Shown: positions 30,468 through 40,200, counted from the stretch's first letter. The stretch: 64,000 nt of DNA from Longimicrobiales bacterium (GCA_965248195.1 CBDFIQ010000002.1:1504001-1568000); one strand, 5' to 3'. Notes: generated by a model from the sequence alone, not told the origin. Numbers and translations: made by a program.

Positions 30468-32930
30468 CTATCGGTTGAAGCGGACGGACAGGTTGAGGAC
30501 CCGTCCGACATAGTTGACATCGGTGACGATGGCGGGGGTCGTGTCGAGTTCGAACTGGCGATACCATACGTTGGCGCGGTCGTAGGCGTTGAACACGGAC
30601 AGGCCCACGTCACCGCCGTAGTCGCCGAGCGAGAACCGGTAGCGCGCGCTGAGGTCCAGGCGATGATAGGCCGGCAGCCGCAGCCCGTTCTTGGCGCTGA
30701 CGTCGATGTAGCTGAACGCGTTGCCGTCGAGCAGTTCCACGCTGTATTCGCTCTGGGGCGCCGTGTACGGCGTGCCCGACCCGTACGTCCATGTCGAAGC
30801 CAGGTCCCAGCGCCCGAGCGACAGCGTTCCAACGGTTTTGAGTTCGTGAAGCTGGTCGTGAAGCGCGGGGAACGAGTTTCCGTCGTTCAGATCCGGGAAG
30901 GTGTTGCGCGCCTCGGCCAGCGTATAGGAAATCCAGCCGGTGAAGGCGCCGAACTTCTTCTGGGCGAGGAACTCCGCGCCTTGCGCCGTCCCTTGCCCCG
31001 CGAAGAACAGGTTGAGCGGGTCGATGTTGTTGCGCATGAACCTCAGTGAGAACTCCGATAGCCCCGTCGTCTCCTTGCGGTACAGCTCGACATCAAAGAG
31101 GTAGCTGTCGGTCTCGTACGACACTCCGGCAACCACGTGGTCCGCGGCGGTGACGTCGATCAGGTCTCCGTCGGCGAGCAGCCAGAAGTCGCGCGAGCCT
31201 TCGGTGATGTTCTCGTTGACCACCCGGTTGACGAACTGGTGGTAGCGTCCGGCAGCCGCCTTGAGTGTCACCCGGTCGGTCAGAGACACCCGCGCCGAGG
31301 CCCGCGGCTCCAGGTAGCTCTTCGCGGCAGCCTGGTCGTAGGAGATGCGGCCTCCCGCCGTGAGCGAGAAGCGATCCGTGACGTTCCAGGTGTCCTGCGC
31401 GTAGGCCTCCACCCGCGTGGACGACTGGGTTTGGTCCAGGATCGGGATGCTGTCGTCCCTCACGTAGCGGTAGTCGGCGTCGGTCGTGCTGAACCACCCG
31501 CCGAAGTGCAGTCTGTGCTCGGGCGAGAGCCTCCACTCGCTGTCGGCGCGCAGGGTCAGATCGGCGAGAAAGTTGTCTTCGGCAGACCGAAGGTCGCGCG
31601 TGAGTGTGGCTTCGGATGTCTCCGGATCGGAGATCGTCACCTGAGTGTTGCGTCCGTAGTCCGAGGTGTACTCGGAGTAGGCGGCGAGAACGCTGCTGGT
31701 GAGCCCACTCGCCCACTGCCGGCCCCAGCGTCCCGACAGGCCGCGGTTGCCCCACTCGGTCAGGTCGCCGATGGCGGTGTTGAAGTTCTGGTCGCCGGCC
31801 TGGCCCCTGGGCGTGAACGACAGGGATCGCTCCTGCGACTTGTCCAGGTAGTCGCGTCCCCCGTAGAGGGTGAAGGAGACGACATCCCGGTCTCCGGGCA
31901 GGTAGGTGAGCTTGGCGTTGAAGTCGTAGAAGTAGGACTCGGGTGTGGCGGCGTCCTGATTCGCCGAGCCGAAGCCGCGTCCGCCTCCTGGTCCTCCTCC
32001 TCCGGGCGCCTGCGGCTCGGTGCTGATGTTGAAGATGTCGAAGATGCTGCTGTACAGGCCGGTACGGACCACGTCGGTGTAGGAACGTCGCCCGGTGACG
32101 AGCAGATTGGCCCTTGAACCGATGGGTGTCTGGAAGACCCCGTTGGCGCTCAGCAGGTTGAGTCCCACGCCGTAGTGCATCTGGTCGGGGTCCCCGGTCT
32201 TCCCCGTCATGTCGATTACACTCGACACGCGCCCCCCGTACTGGGCCGGGAATGCTCCCTTGAAGACCTGAATGTCTTTGATGGCCTCGGCATTGAAGGC
32301 GCTGAAGAACCCGAAGAAGTGGTCGACGTGGTATACGGTGATGCCGTCGAGCAGGACAAGGTTCTGGTCGGGTGTGCCGCCCCGGACGTAGAGCCCGGAC
32401 GATGACTCCCGGGTGCCACTGACCCCGGGCAGGAGCTGGAGCGACCGAAAGACGTCGACCTCCCCGACGGAAGGAAGCACCGCCATCTCCGCAGGCGACG
32501 CCGCGACCCGGCTCACGCCGTCCGTGGCCCGCACCAGGCGGTACTCGTCGGCGACGATCTCCACGCCCTCCAACTCTATAGGCAGCGGAGGGATCTCGAT
32601 GCTGAGGCGTCCGGTGAACCCTGCGTCCACGATCACTTCGGTGGGGGTATAGCCCATGTGGACGACGCGCAGAGAGAAGGTCTCGCGCGGGGCTCCGATC
32701 ACGGTGAAGAAGCCGTCCGGGTTTGTGTTGACCTGGTGTTCGGATCCGACGACCGCGATGGTCGCGTACACAATGGCTTCGCCGCTCAGGGAATCGCGGA
32801 CGGTCCCCTGGATGGTCCGGTTGGACTGGGCTTCGAGTCCGGAGGGGGATGAGGTCAGCGAGGCAAGGAGGGGAAGAAGCAGGAGGGGGAGGAACTGCTG
32901 GCGGGGGGAGAAGGATCGATTCATCGGCAT
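30468..32930 (-). CDS. TonB-dependent receptor with N-terminal carboxypeptidase-regulatory-like domain
   Basis: Signal peptide; plug LQLLPGV..VRGG..QNLVLLDG; YGGRVSSV; RLPAYHRLD; FNAYDR. Confidence 0.92.
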   Translation of the reverse strand: MPMNRSFSPRQQFLPLLLLPLLASLTSSPSGLEAQSNRTIQGTVRDSLSGEAIVYATIAVVGSEHQVNTNPDGFFTVIGAPRETFSLRVVHMGYTPTEVIVDAGFTGRLSIEIPPLPIELEGVEIVADEYRLVRATDGVSRVAASPAEMAVLPSVGEVDVFRSLQLLPGVSGTRESSSGLYVRGGTPDQNLVLLDGITVYHVDHFFGFFSAFNAEAIKDIQVFKGAFPAQYGGRVSSVIDMTGKTGDPDQMHYGVGLNLLSANGVFQTPIGSRANLLVTGRRSYTDVVRTGLYSSIFDIFNISTEPQAPGGGGPGGGRGFGSANQDAATPESYFYDFNAKLTYLPGDRDVVSFTLYGGRDYLDKSQERSLSFTPRGQAGDQNFNTAIGDLTEWGNRGLSGRWGRQWASGLTSSVLAAYSEYTSDYGRNTQVTISDPETSEATLTRDLRSAEDNFLADLTLRADSEWRLSPEHRLHFGGWFSTTDADYRYVRDDSIPILDQTQSSTRVEAYAQDTWNVTDRFSLTAGGRISYDQAAAKSYLEPRASARVSLTDRVTLKAAAGRYHQFVNRVVNENITEGSRDFWLLADGDLIDVTAADHVVAGVSYETDSYLFDVELYRKETTGLSEFSLRFMRNNIDPLNLFFAGQGTAQGAEFLAQKKFGAFTGWISYTLAEARNTFPDLNDGNSFPALHDQLHELKTVGTLSLGRWDLASTWTYGSGTPYTAPQSEYSVELLDGNAFSYIDVSAKNGLRLPAYHRLDLSARYRFSLGDYGGDVGLSVFNAYDRANVWYRQFELDTTPAIVTDVNYVGRVLNLSVRFNR

Positions 32931-33047
32931 GTCTCAAGGCCTCCGGCCTGTCTGTCGCGGCAACGTGTGTTCGCGAGGCGTGGGGTTCCTCGGGCGTCCC
33001 GGCAGCACGGCTCGGGCGCTCAGGGCGTCAGGGAGTTCAGGAAAGCG

Positions 33048-33557
33048 CTATCTGCGGCCTCTTCGCAGCTCTGCCGGCCGACCCCTGGTCCGGAAGGACC
33101 GGTCGCCTCTAGGTCGCCTCCAATCCGGCCCGGCGCCCCGGAGCAGCGCCCGGCGCCTCTCCGGGCTCAACCTCACGAGCTCCCGCATCTGCTCCACGGT
33201 AAGAATCGAACGCAGCTCGGCCATCGTCGCTCGCACGTCGGACCGGATCGACTCCGAAGCCTCCCTGACCATCGGGAGCTCGGTCCTCCACGCCTCGAGC
33301 TGCTCCCTCGCCGCTCCCGCACGCTCCTCCGAATCTGCCTGGAGTGCCTCGAGACTCTCCACCTGACCGGGGGTCAGACCCATCTCGGCTGCGCGCTCGA
33401 GGACAGACCCTGCAACGTCGGAGCTCCAGATCAACGCCCCGGGTTGCCCGGGGCGCATACCGGCCTGGCCCTCGAGGGCGCCGGGCATGAATTGGGCGCA
33501 GAGTCCGAGAGCGACCACTGCGACGAGACCCGTGTGATTCGATTTCCCATACGACAT
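33048..33557 (-). CDS. Spy/CpxP-like periplasmic protein
   Basis: Signal peptide, GLTPGQ and ILTVEQ motifs, AGGAGG RBS. Confidence 0.65.
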   Translation of the reverse strand: MSYGKSNHTGLVAVVALGLCAQFMPGALEGQAGMRPGQPGALIWSSDVAGSVLERAAEMGLTPGQVESLEALQADSEERAGAAREQLEAWRTELPMVREASESIRSDVRATMAELRSILTVEQMRELVRLSPERRRALLRGAGPDWRRPRGDRSFRTRGRPAELRRGRR

Positions 33558-33949
33558 CGAGACCTCCTGTCAAAGAAGTGCAGACCGGAGAGCGAGAGCT
33601 GGACATGAGCCACTCGCTCCATTGTCTGTTAGAGTTGTGACCGCTCGATTTCGTTAAAAACCGGCCCGGATCGCACGGCCGGGTCGGGTGACGGGATCAC
33701 CGGACACGACTGGCACGCTCTGCGAAGACTGTGAGGGGCGGGGGCAGGCATGACGACAGGCCCGCTCGACGACGGGCCGAGCAGCGGCCCGAGGCGGCGG
33801 TTCCGGGCTCGCCGTGCGCCGCGAAGTCGAGCTGAAGGCGGCCTTGCGGAAACCCGGGGTCAGCGAGTCGGATCAGGGGAGCGACCCGGTCCAACCGCCA
33901 ACCCGGCGGGGCGGGGTAGAGGCGTACCTTCAGGTGGCCGGTCCCGTCA

Positions 33950-35325
33950 GGTCAAGTCCCGATTTGTGTGTAAAAGCGGAGGAAGCTCCTCGCCTTCGGC
34001 TAGGCTGCTTGGGCGACCTCCTGTTTCTGGAGGAGTGAGAGGTCGAGGTAACGCCGGTCGCCCCAGACGTGTGTGGTCCTGAGTGCGACGGCCGTGATGA
34101 GCCTGAGGGCGCTGGCCCGGTCCGGGAAGGCGCCGGCGGCCTTGATCCTGCGTTTGATCTCGCCGTGCAGCCGCTCGAGGCTGTTGGTGGTACGCAGCCG
34201 GGGCCAGTGCGCCTCGGGGAACGCGTAGAACTGCGTCGCTGCCCCGAAGCCCCGCTCCAGGACCTCCACGGCCTCGGGCAGCTCCTTCTTCCAGCGTGCG
34301 CCGAACTCGCCCAGGAGCTTCTTCGCCTCGGCGAGTCCGGATGTCTGGAAGATCACCGAGACCTCACGCGCCACGCGCTTGCGTAGGCGGTGGGGGACCC
34401 TCGCCCCCACATTACGCTGCAGATGGACCGTACACCTCTGACGGCGTGCCTCGGGCAGGAAGCGGCGGACCGCAGCTGCCAGGCCTGCGTGCTCATCGGC
34501 GATCACGAGCTCGACACCGCCGAGGCCGCGGTCCTGGAGTTGCTCGAGGAGCTCCGACCAGCTCTGCTGCGACTCCTCAGCGCCCAGCGTGACGGCCAGG
34601 AGCCGTCGGTGACCCTCAGGGCCCACTGCATACGCCACGAGCGCACTCACGTTCTCGACTTTGCGGGCCCAGCGGGCGTCCAAGAACGTGGCGTCCAGGT
34701 ACAGATAGGGGTGAGGCCCCTCGATCGGCGCACGGCGCAGCCCTTCCACGGCCTCGTCGAGCCGTTTTGCCACACGACTCACCGTCGAGCGCCCAACACG
34801 CTCGCCCATCAGCGCCTCGGTGACGTCGCCCATCTTGCGCTGTGACACGCCGCTCACATACGCCTCGACCATCATCTCGTCGAGCTCGGGGCTCCTGCGC
34901 TGGTAGCGGCCGATCACGTCGGCCGGCGAACCGTTGTCCCGGCTCCGGGGCATGGCGACCTCGATCTGCCCCAGGCTCGTCAGCAGCCGCCTCAGGTATG
35001 TGCCGTTCCTATGGTCCTTCCGGCTTCCCACCCGCTCGAAGCGGCGTGCACCTACCATGGCCTTCAGCTCCTCTTCCAGCACCATCTCGAGCGTCAGCCG
35101 GATCGCGCCTTGAAACAGCTCGCGCAAATCATCGCGTAGCTCGTCTTGCGTGGCCCGACCGATCTCCACAATCTCTTGCATCGGAAGCTCCTCTCCGGTT
35201 CCGAGCCTGCTCTGCAGACCCGGACTCCCGGGTTCATGTGACAGTGAACAACAACAGAGGAGCTTCCGTTTTTCTTTCCCTCCTGTCCAGCTTATCCGCT
35301 TTTACACAAATCTAGGGACACTACC
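33950..35325 (-). mobile_element. Intact IS256-family element
   Basis: Imperfect 31-bp IRs (GGTCAAGTCCCGATTTGTGTGTAAAAGCGGA / GGTAGTGTCCCTAGATTTGTGTAAAAGCGGA); no flanking duplication seen. Confidence 0.92.
34000..35181 (-). CDS. IS256-family (mutator-type) DDE transposase
   Basis: RNGTY, YLDAT, VIADEHAGL, QRCTVH, RTTNSLERLHGEIKRR. Confidence 0.95.
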   Translation of the reverse strand: MQEIVEIGRATQDELRDDLRELFQGAIRLTLEMVLEEELKAMVGARRFERVGSRKDHRNGTYLRRLLTSLGQIEVAMPRSRDNGSPADVIGRYQRRSPELDEMMVEAYVSGVSQRKMGDVTEALMGERVGRSTVSRVAKRLDEAVEGLRRAPIEGPHPYLYLDATFLDARWARKVENVSALVAYAVGPEGHRRLLAVTLGAEESQQSWSELLEQLQDRGLGGVELVIADEHAGLAAAVRRFLPEARRQRCTVHLQRNVGARVPHRLRKRVAREVSVIFQTSGLAEAKKLLGEFGARWKKELPEAVEVLERGFGAATQFYAFPEAHWPRLRTTNSLERLHGEIKRRIKAAGAFPDRASALRLITAVALRTTHVWGDRRYLDLSLLQKQEVAQAA

Positions 35326-35329
35326 CGCC

Positions 35330-35449
35330 TCAGTCGCAGTAGGAGCTTGGACTCGGGTTGCCCTCATCGCAAGCGTCCGCGAGATCGACCGGGGTCGAAC
35401 AGGCTCCCGCGAACATGATCACCGCGAATACCACTAACAGCTTCCTCAT
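35330..35449 (-). CDS. Putative 39-aa lipoprotein
   Basis: MRKLLVVFAVIMFAGAC signal and lipobox, GGGGAG RBS. Confidence 0.5.
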   Translation of the reverse strand: MRKLLVVFAVIMFAGACSTPVDLADACDEGNPSPSSYCD

Positions 35450-35564
35450 CTCACTCCCCCTTGGGTAGGGTCCTTGTCGGCCCCGACGCAGAAATACGTC
35501 AGGGCTCACAGCAAGGTTACGAGTCAGACTGGATACTGCCAGTGATCGTACGTGGGATTGGGTG

Positions 35565-36464
35565 TTATTTGTTCGAGTCCGCTGGTTCGTCGAGATCCTT
35601 GAAGAACTTGTCCACGTCGATCCCGACATCCTCGGGGGTGACGCGGCTGGCTGTTTCGGGATCGAAACGGTGGGCGCGCTTGTAGCCGAGCCACATGAAC
35701 TCGTCGTAGATCGTCATTCGATCCCGTTTCCTCGCGGCTTTCGCCAGCTCGTCCGCTAGGTAGATCCACCCGAGCTTGGGGTGCTCCTCGACGAAAGCCG
35801 GCATAAGCTCCCGATCTTCGGCAAACTTGATCAAACCGGCCGCTTCGGGGGGAAGGTTTTCACCAGTGAGGATCGAATCCTCCTTCAGGATCGCCTCGTA
35901 CCGCGTGATCATCGCGAGGATCTTTTTGCTGCTGGTGCGGTTGGGTCCGCGCACAGGCCACTCCCCCCTTCTCCACTGGCGCACCGTTTCGTGGTTCATG
36001 TCGCACATTTCCTCGACTTCCAGGTCACTGAACCCTTTGATCGCAGCTGCGAATCGGCGTTTGAGCCCGCTAGGCCCTGAGAGTTGCGGAACGTTCGTGG
36101 CTTTCGGAAATTTGGCGAACGCATCGCCACCGGAAGACGCCGTAGAACGGTCCCTTAGCTCGTCGGCCATCTTGTCCATCCACCGCGCGGCTGCACGCAT
36201 CTCCTCGCGCTCTAGGTCGACCGCGGTACCGGACTTGAAATGATCGAGTGTGAGCCCCGCAAGCGCTGCGATATCATGGAGTAGGGCGACGTCGGGGGTC
36301 TGGCCCTCCTTCGTCCACATCTCGCCCCGCTCGACGCCACCGATCGTGCTGCCACTCTTCTCGCGACCGATCATCTTGGCCATCGCGGCCTGACTCGGTG
36401 AGCCTGGAAGCTCCCTCCTGATCGCAAGCACCCGATCACCTATCTCCCGCAGGCTCAACCACAT
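35565..36464 (-). CDS. Repressor-like protein with two XRE-type HTH domains
   Basis: AGGAG RBS before ATG 36464; HTH1 SQAAMAKMIG..STIGGVERGE; HTH2 SDLEVEEMCDMNHETVRQWRRG. Confidence 0.65.
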   Translation of the reverse strand: MWLSLREIGDRVLAIRRELPGSPSQAAMAKMIGREKSGSTIGGVERGEMWTKEGQTPDVALLHDIAALAGLTLDHFKSGTAVDLEREEMRAAARWMDKMADELRDRSTASSGGDAFAKFPKATNVPQLSGPSGLKRRFAAAIKGFSDLEVEEMCDMNHETVRQWRRGEWPVRGPNRTSSKKILAMITRYEAILKEDSILTGENLPPEAAGLIKFAEDRELMPAFVEEHPKLGWIYLADELAKAARKRDRMTIYDEFMWLGYKRAHRFDPETASRVTPEDVGIDVDKFFKDLDEPADSNK

Positions 36465-36486
36465 ATGGTGTGTCGCTCCTGATATC

Positions 36487-36546
36487 GGAATACGAGCAAT
36501 ATTATTCCTTAAGTTCGTTCCAGTCGCTTCCAGTCCCTTCCAGCGG
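36487..36546. promoter_or_regulatory. Candidate operators in the divergent promoter region
   Basis: GGAATA-N10-TATTCC inverted repeat (36487-36508); TTCCAG x3 at 10-bp period (36518, 36528, 36538). Confidence 0.5.
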
Positions 36547-36558
36547 ATTGTAGACGCC

Positions 36559-36771
36559 ATGGGCTTGGATGACAACAAGAGCCGCCCCCGGGAGTTGAGC
36601 ACGACGGAGGCCGCTGCCTACTGCGGCTACACCATCCACTCCTTCTACCTCAGGGTGAACGAGATTCGGCACCGCAAGGAGCGAGGCAGGCTCTACTTCT
36701 CCGTCGACGCGCTCGACGAATTCAAGGCCGCCCAATCGACGGAGCGCGTGCCCGCCGAAGCCGCCTCGTAG
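36559..36771 (+). CDS. Xis/Cro-like small HTH protein
   Basis: LSTTEAAAYCGY..Y..GRLYFSVDALDEF; divergent from the repressor. Confidence 0.75.
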   Translation: MGLDDNKSRPRELSTTEAAAYCGYTIHSFYLRVNEIRHRKERGRLYFSVDALDEFKAAQSTERVPAEAAS

Positions 36772-37121
36772 CGTGACCCCGATTTCCTGGAGTACCCCGG
36801 GCAGGATCTCAGAAATGTGTTCCACGCCCGGAAAGTGCCGGCTGTATCGGAGCCGTCACGCACGAATGAAGCCGATTCGTGCCATCCATCAAGCGAAGGA
36901 GTCCGCCATGAGCGAACTAACGAAGAGCGACCCCAGGCTTTCGGACGTACTAAAGAAAGACGGCCAGCCGTGTGATTGGGCGCACCGGTCCAACGAGCAA
37001 GGTGGCGTACGCTGCCAGTCGCGATGAGTCCACGATCCGCCATTCACGGAAAGCGAGGTTCGAGCCGAGGAGCGCAGCAGCTTTCGCTTGGGTTTCGGGG
37101 GCCTCGTGGCTCAACTTACTA

Positions 37122-37935
37122 GGGTCTGTTAACACTAAGGGCAATTTGTAGTATATTGGGGCTATGAAAATCACAGAGTCCCAATATCGTCGGATAGAGG
37201 CTTGCTTTCCGCATCAGCGCGGCAATGTGAGCATCTCCAATCTCGAAGTGCTTAACGCGATCCTGTATGTGGCCGAACACGGCTGCAAATGGCGGGGGTT
37301 GCCTCCGCGTTTCGGTAACTGGCATACGATCTACACCCGAATGAATCGCTGGGCCAGGGCAGGTGTGCTGGATCGTGTCTTTGCGGCCCTGCAAGACGAG
37401 CAAATTATCCGGATCAAGATCCAAGCTCTGTCGATCGACAGTACCATCGTCAAGGTGCACCCTGATGGCACCGGCGCTCTAAAAAAAAACGGCCCGCAGG
37501 CCATCGGCAAGTCGCGTGGAGGCTGGACCACCAAGATTCATATGGTTGCCGCAGATGCTCGAACCGCGATAACCTTCTCGCTATCGCCAGGCCACAAGCA
37601 CGACGCGCCGGAAGGACGGGAACTGCTACGCACGTTGAAGCCGGTACATTCCACAGTGTCCATGATCATGGACCGGGCGTACGAGGGGGGCGAAACACGG
37701 CAATTGGTGTTGGAGCTGGGGTTTACGCCGGTCGTGCCACCCAAGCAGGGCCGTGTTAACCCGTGGCAGTATGACCGAGTCATGTATCGCCGTCGTAACG
37801 AAATAGAGCGGTTATTTCGGCGACTCAAAGGCTTCAGAAGAATCTTCTCCCGCTTTGACAAGCTCGACGTGATGTTTACCGCCTTCATCCACTTCGCGCT
37901 CATCGTCGAAGCCCTCAGATAGTGTTAACAGGCCC
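37122..37935 (+). mobile_element. IS5-family (IS427-like) element
   Basis: 16-bp IRs GGGTCTGTTAACACTA / GGGCCTGTTAACACTA (one mismatch), TA duplication in CTAG context. Confidence 0.93.
37164..37922 (+). CDS. IS5-family transposase
   Basis: GCKWRGLP..WHTIY, IDST, DRAY, YRRRNEIERLF..RFDK. Confidence 0.93.
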   Translation: MKITESQYRRIEACFPHQRGNVSISNLEVLNAILYVAEHGCKWRGLPPRFGNWHTIYTRMNRWARAGVLDRVFAALQDEQIIRIKIQALSIDSTIVKVHPDGTGALKKNGPQAIGKSRGGWTTKIHMVAADARTAITFSLSPGHKHDAPEGRELLRTLKPVHSTVSMIMDRAYEGGETRQLVLELGFTPVVPPKQGRVNPWQYDRVMYRRRNEIERLFRRLKGFRRIFSRFDKLDVMFTAFIHFALIVEALR

Positions 37936-37985
37936 TAGCACACCGGGTCGGGCGGCTTCCATATTTATCAGAGACGGAGGGGTCC

Positions 37986-38339
37986 ATGAGCAAGATTGAG
38001 GCAATGTTTCCTGGGGGACCGAGCAGGCAGGAGAACAGATCGGAGCCAAGTGGCCCTTTACGCTCTGGGGAGGATTTCGAAGCCGGGATCAGCGGTCATG
38101 TGCTTGACGCGAAGGCCCGTCGCAAGCGCTGGTCGATGCTCATGGCTATGGGCGCGATTGGGCTGCTGGCCGTAACGGGGGGAATCTACCTTGGAATCCA
38201 GGCCCGGATCACCCCCGAAGAAATCACGGAAGAACAGCGTGTAGAGCGTGAAGTGGGCGAACTCGATGATCTAACCCGCAAGGTATTGGACGAGTTGTGG
38301 AGAATGGAGGAAATCGAGGCAGCCAGGAATCGGCGCTGA
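37986..38339 (+). CDS. Hypothetical single-TM protein
   Basis: GGAGG RBS, one TM helix, helical C-terminus. Confidence 0.6.
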   Translation: MSKIEAMFPGGPSRQENRSEPSGPLRSGEDFEAGISGHVLDAKARRKRWSMLMAMGAIGLLAVTGGIYLGIQARITPEEITEEQRVEREVGELDDLTRKVLDELWRMEEIEAARNRR

Positions 38340-38397
38340 CCGCGGGAAAAGCGCCCATCCAGGCATCCCGTCGACTCGTTCGCCTATCGTCACCTCT

Positions 38398-39972
38398 TCA
38401 GCGATCCAACGTTTCACGAACGGCGCCGGCGAGATCGGCCTTGGTCAGGGGCTTCTCCAAGCAGATGTAGTTCTTGGAGAGAAGCTCCTCCGCTCGGACG
38501 CTACCGTAGGAGTAGCCCGACATGAATACCACTCTCAGCTCAGGCTGCATCTCCGTCAGTTTCTTCACGAGATCCGTTCCGGACGTCCCAGGCATGACCA
38601 CGTCCGTCAGGACGAGATCAATCGCGTCGGGTCCCTTGCGGCGCATTGCGTCCTGGAGGGCATGCAACGCTTCCTCGGCGCCGTCGGCCTCCAGGACCGA
38701 GTACCCGAGATTGCGGAGAATGCGGGACATCAGGACCCTGACCATCTCCTCGTCTTCGACGACAAGGATCGTCTCGGTCCCGCGTGCAGGGTCCTCGGAG
38801 TCGCCGGCTTCGACGGGCTCCGTCTCTCCCCGCTTCTCATCGTCCACCGGAAAATATACGCGAAACGCCGATCCCGAGCCTAGCTCGCTGCTCGCCCAGA
38901 TGCTGCCGCCACTCTGCTTCACAATCCCGTAGACAGTCGCGAGACCCAAACCGCTGCCCCCTCCCTGCCTCTTGGTCGTGAAGAAAGGCTCGAAGATATG
39001 CTGAAGGGTATCCTCGCCGATTCCCTGGCCAGTATCCGTGACTTTGAGCATCAGATGGGGCCCAGGCGACAAAGTGACATAGTCGCGAACGAAGTCCTCG
39101 CCGATCTCCACCTTCGTTGTCGAAAGCTCCAGCCTCCCTCCGTCGGGCATCGCGTCCTTGGCGTTCACCACCAGATTCAATACGACTTGCTCGAGTTGAG
39201 TCGGGTCGGCGTTGATCGTGCTCGATCCCGTATCCCACTTCGTGAAGACTTCGATGTCCTCTCCTACGACCCTCCGCACCATCTTCTCGAGATGCATGAG
39301 CGCCGCGTCGAATTTGACGAGCTGGGGCCGGAGTAGCTGTCTGCCGCTGAAGGCCAGGAGTTGTCGGACCAGACCGCCAGCGCGGCGCCCCGTAGTGGTG
39401 AGCTCGGCCAGCTCTTCTTGGTTTTCGTCTCCCAGGTGCAGGCGGTCGCCGATGATCTGAGCGCACAGGAGCATCACCGTCAGATGGTTGTTGAAGTCGT
39501 GAGCGATCCCCGCTGCCAGGCGTCCCACGGCTTCGTGCTTCTGTAAGAAGAACAACTGGCGCCGCAATCTTTGGCTCTCGAGTTCAGCCTCCTTCTCCTC
39601 GGAGATATCGCGGGCGAAGAAGCAAAGGACCTTTCGGTCCCGATAGATCACCAGGTTCGCGCTCACTACGACTGGGACGATGGTGTCATCGCTTCGCTTG
39701 AACGCCCGCTCGCCCAGAATGTCGTGATGCTCCTCCACGACTCGAAGCACGAAGGCGTCCAGCTCGGCTGGTGTCCCGAGATCGACATCGCATAGGTCGA
39801 GGTGCTCCAATTCGTGCGATGTGTATCCCAGCAGAGTCTGCAGCGCGGGGTTGCCCTCCAAGAGCCTCCGTGAAGTGACGTCAATCAGGAAGATGGCATT
39901 CGGGCTGCCACTGACGATCGCTCTGTGAAGCTCCTCCCGCTCCTGCAGCTTCTCTTCGCCGGATCGGTCCAC
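38398..39972 (-). CDS. PAS-domain hybrid histidine kinase / receiver
   Basis: PAS, AHDFNN H-box, NLVVNAKDAM, DTGQG, GSGLGL, receiver LTDVVMP. Confidence 0.93.
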   Translation of the reverse strand: MDRSGEEKLQEREELHRAIVSGSPNAIFLIDVTSRRLLEGNPALQTLLGYTSHELEHLDLCDVDLGTPAELDAFVLRVVEEHHDILGERAFKRSDDTIVPVVVSANLVIYRDRKVLCFFARDISEEKEAELESQRLRRQLFFLQKHEAVGRLAAGIAHDFNNHLTVMLLCAQIIGDRLHLGDENQEELAELTTTGRRAGGLVRQLLAFSGRQLLRPQLVKFDAALMHLEKMVRRVVGEDIEVFTKWDTGSSTINADPTQLEQVVLNLVVNAKDAMPDGGRLELSTTKVEIGEDFVRDYVTLSPGPHLMLKVTDTGQGIGEDTLQHIFEPFFTTKRQGGGSGLGLATVYGIVKQSGGSIWASSELGSGSAFRVYFPVDDEKRGETEPVEAGDSEDPARGTETILVVEDEEMVRVLMSRILRNLGYSVLEADGAEEALHALQDAMRRKGPDAIDLVLTDVVMPGTSGTDLVKKLTEMQPELRVVFMSGYSYGSVRAEELLSKNYICLEKPLTKADLAGAVRETLDR

Positions 39973-40200
39973 GCCCGTATCTCCAGTTTTTCAAGAGTGC
40001 AGTTCAGATCCTAAACCCTTGCAAAGCCTAGGCCTCTCTACGCATACTCGATAGTCGTAGTACCGTCGTATCGTGGGGCAGGACGGGCTTCGATGAGGTG
40101 TGACCTGGGCCTAACAAAAACTACCTCATTCTTAGACTTTTTGCCCAAGTTATTGACCCGGAGCCTGAACGGGAGGCGTGTCTGATCTCGAACGGTCGGG

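Noticed and set aside
31093..32937. 614-aa ORF overlapping the TonB-dependent receptor
   Set aside because: Off-frame Arg/Pro-rich shadow
33700..33949. Possible truncated gene left of the intact IS256
   Set aside because: No frame gives a recognisable protein
36502..36825. 107-aa minus ORF MEHISEILPGVLQ
   Set aside because: Fully antisense to the better-supported Xis/Cro-like gene
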